In this document: positions 62,590 through 64,000 of the stretch, piece after piece
Numbering within the stretch: position 1 is the first letter of the stretch
Layout of the letters: every line of letters begins with the position of its first letter
From: an uncultured Alphaproteobacteria bacterium
GTDB taxonomy: Bacteria; Pseudomonadota; Alphaproteobacteria; Rhizobiales; Xanthobacteraceae
Assembly (NCBI GenBank): GCA_963714345.1
Contig: CAVQOD010000002.1
Location: 215,822 to 279,821 of the forward strand
DNA: 64,000 bases
Direction: 5' to 3'
Program-made: the position numbers and the translations under genes
The notes under the pieces: generated by a model
Database searches by the model: none
What the model was told of the DNA's origin: nothing
What the model saw: only the letters and a program-made list of their open reading frames with translations

Positions 62590-64000
62590 ATGAGGGAGAC
62601 CCGATGGACCGGGCCAAATCCGAAGACGTCATCAAGGGCAAAGGGTCGGCCATTCACCGGCGCGGAATATCTCGAGAGCCTGCGCGACGGCCGCGAGGTC
62701 TATATTTACGGCGAGCGGGTCAAGGACGTCACTACCCATCCGGCGTTCCGCAACGCCGCGCGCTCGATCGCGCGGCTTTACGATGCGCTGCACGACGAGA
62801 CGACCAAGGGCGTGCTGACCGGCCCGACCGATACCGGCTCCTCGGGCTTTACCCACAAGTTTTTCCGCGCCGCGCGCTCGCGCGAGGAATTGGTGGCGCA
62901 GCGCGACGCCATCGCGCTCTGGGCGCGCATGTCCTACGGCTGGATGGGCCGCTCGCCGGATTACAAGGCGTCGCTGATGAATACGCTCGGCGCCAATTAC
63001 GATTTTTACGGCAAGTTCGCCGACAACGCCAAGCCTGGTACCGCCGCGCGCAAGAGAACGTGCTGTTCATGAACCACGCCATCGTCAATCCGCCGGTCGA
63101 TCGCTCAAAGCCGGTCGATCAGGTCAAGGACGTGTTCATCACCATCCAGAAGGACACCGACGCCGGGATCTACATCTCCGGCGCCAAAGTGGTGGCGACC
63201 GTCATCGGCGCTGACGCATTATAATTTTCTCGGCCAGAACGCCGCGGTGCCGCTGCACGATACCGATCTCGCGGTGATGTTCATCGCGCCGATGAATGCG
63301 CCGGGCGTAAAACTGTTCTGCCGCACGTCCTACGAGATGACGGCGAGCGTGATGGGCACGCCGTTCGATTACCCGTTGTCGTCGCGCTTCGACGAGAACG
63401 ATGCGATTTTCGTGTTCGACAATGTCTTTATTCCCTGGGAAGACGTGCTGCTGTATCGCGATCTGGAAAAGCTGAAAATCTTTTTTCCGCAGTCGGGTTT
63501 TTTGGCCGGCTATCAGTTCCAGGGCTGCACGCGGCTTGCGGTAAAGCTCGACTTTCTCGTCGGCATCCTCGCCAAGGCCTTGCACGCGGCCGGCTCCGAC
63601 GAGTTCCGCGGCAATCAGGCGATGCTCGGCGAGGTCATCGCCTGGCGTAATCTGTTCTGGGCGCTGACCGACGCCATGGCGATGAATCCGACGCCGTGGG
63701 TGAACGGCGCGGTGCTGCCGAACCTGCAATCGGGATCGAGCTATCGGGTGTTCGCCGGCGACGCCTACGGCCGCGTCAAGGAGATCGTCGACAAGATCGT
63801 CGCCTCGTCGCTGATCTATCTGCCGTCCTCGACCAAGGATTTCAAAAATCCGGCGATCGACCGCTATCTGGCGCGCTACGTGCGCGGCTCCTACGGCATC
63901 GATTACAAGGAGCGCATCAAGATCATGAAGCTTCTGTGGGACGCCATCGGCACCGAATTCGGCGGCCGCCACGAGCTCTACGAGCGCAATTACGCCGGCA
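62590..64000 (+). pseudogene. 4-hydroxyphenylacetate 3-monooxygenase oxygenase-component (HpaB) family protein; 3' end off-window; two or three apparent frameshifts (~63033, ~63210, possibly ~62640)
   Basis: [50 protein letters not shown]...[32 protein letters not shown] / [27 protein letters not shown]...[11 protein letters not shown] / [45 protein letters not shown]... read through to position 64000. Start is either ATG 62590 or ATG 62604 (the latter has RBS gagggag but needs a shift). Confidence 0.75.

Overview
High-GC alphaproteobacterial (Rhizobiales/Hyphomicrobiales-like) chromosomal segment, mostly housekeeping genes. Order: pepN (5' part), a CDF transporter, cyoABCD, dusA, a TSUP permease, a retropepsin-like protease, a histidine kinase, GST, a Bug/TctC binding protein, apbC/mrp, a NUDIX hydrolase, then a lower-GC islet (~18.1-24.7 kb) of small ORFs, a decayed IS1595 transposase and a decayed serine-protease-like gene. 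Next come recA (with a LexA box), two different isocitrate dehydrogenases in tandem, trmJ fused to a DUF559-like domain, purC-(AMDase-like)-purS-purQ-purL, bolA-grxD, rpsD, an OFA-type MFS, murI, purB, a HigB/HigA-type TA pair, yqjG-like GST, rpe, a DAO-type oxidoreductase, a polysaccharide deacetylase, a DmpA peptidase and ccdA. The window ends with a low-GC, heavily frameshifted secreted VWD-like gene, the livHMGF-(small membrane ORF)-livK operon and an HpaB-family monooxygenase that runs off the window. No rRNA, tRNA or CRISPR was found. Caveat: about 45-50 apparent 1-nt frameshifts interrupt otherwise clear genes and are strongly clustered. I cannot tell sequencing indels from real pseudogenes, so every 'pseudogene' type below means 'not translatable as given'. 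Most noteworthy: (1) a conserved bipartite element upstream of three unrelated small ORFs in the islet, (2) EcfG-type (GGAAC-N16-CGTT) promoters in front of tiny ORFs, one absent from the ORF track, (3) an 8-bp tandem repeat upstream of a Cys-rich secreted mini-protein, (4) a secreted poly-His protein, (5) the VWD-like gene with a tandemly duplicated Shine-Dalgarno segment, (6) an identical promoter-like motif in front of both IDH genes, (7) several REP/MITE-like repeat families, one copy in-frame inside apbC. Family names quoted from memory (DUF numbers, TIGR families) are unverified.
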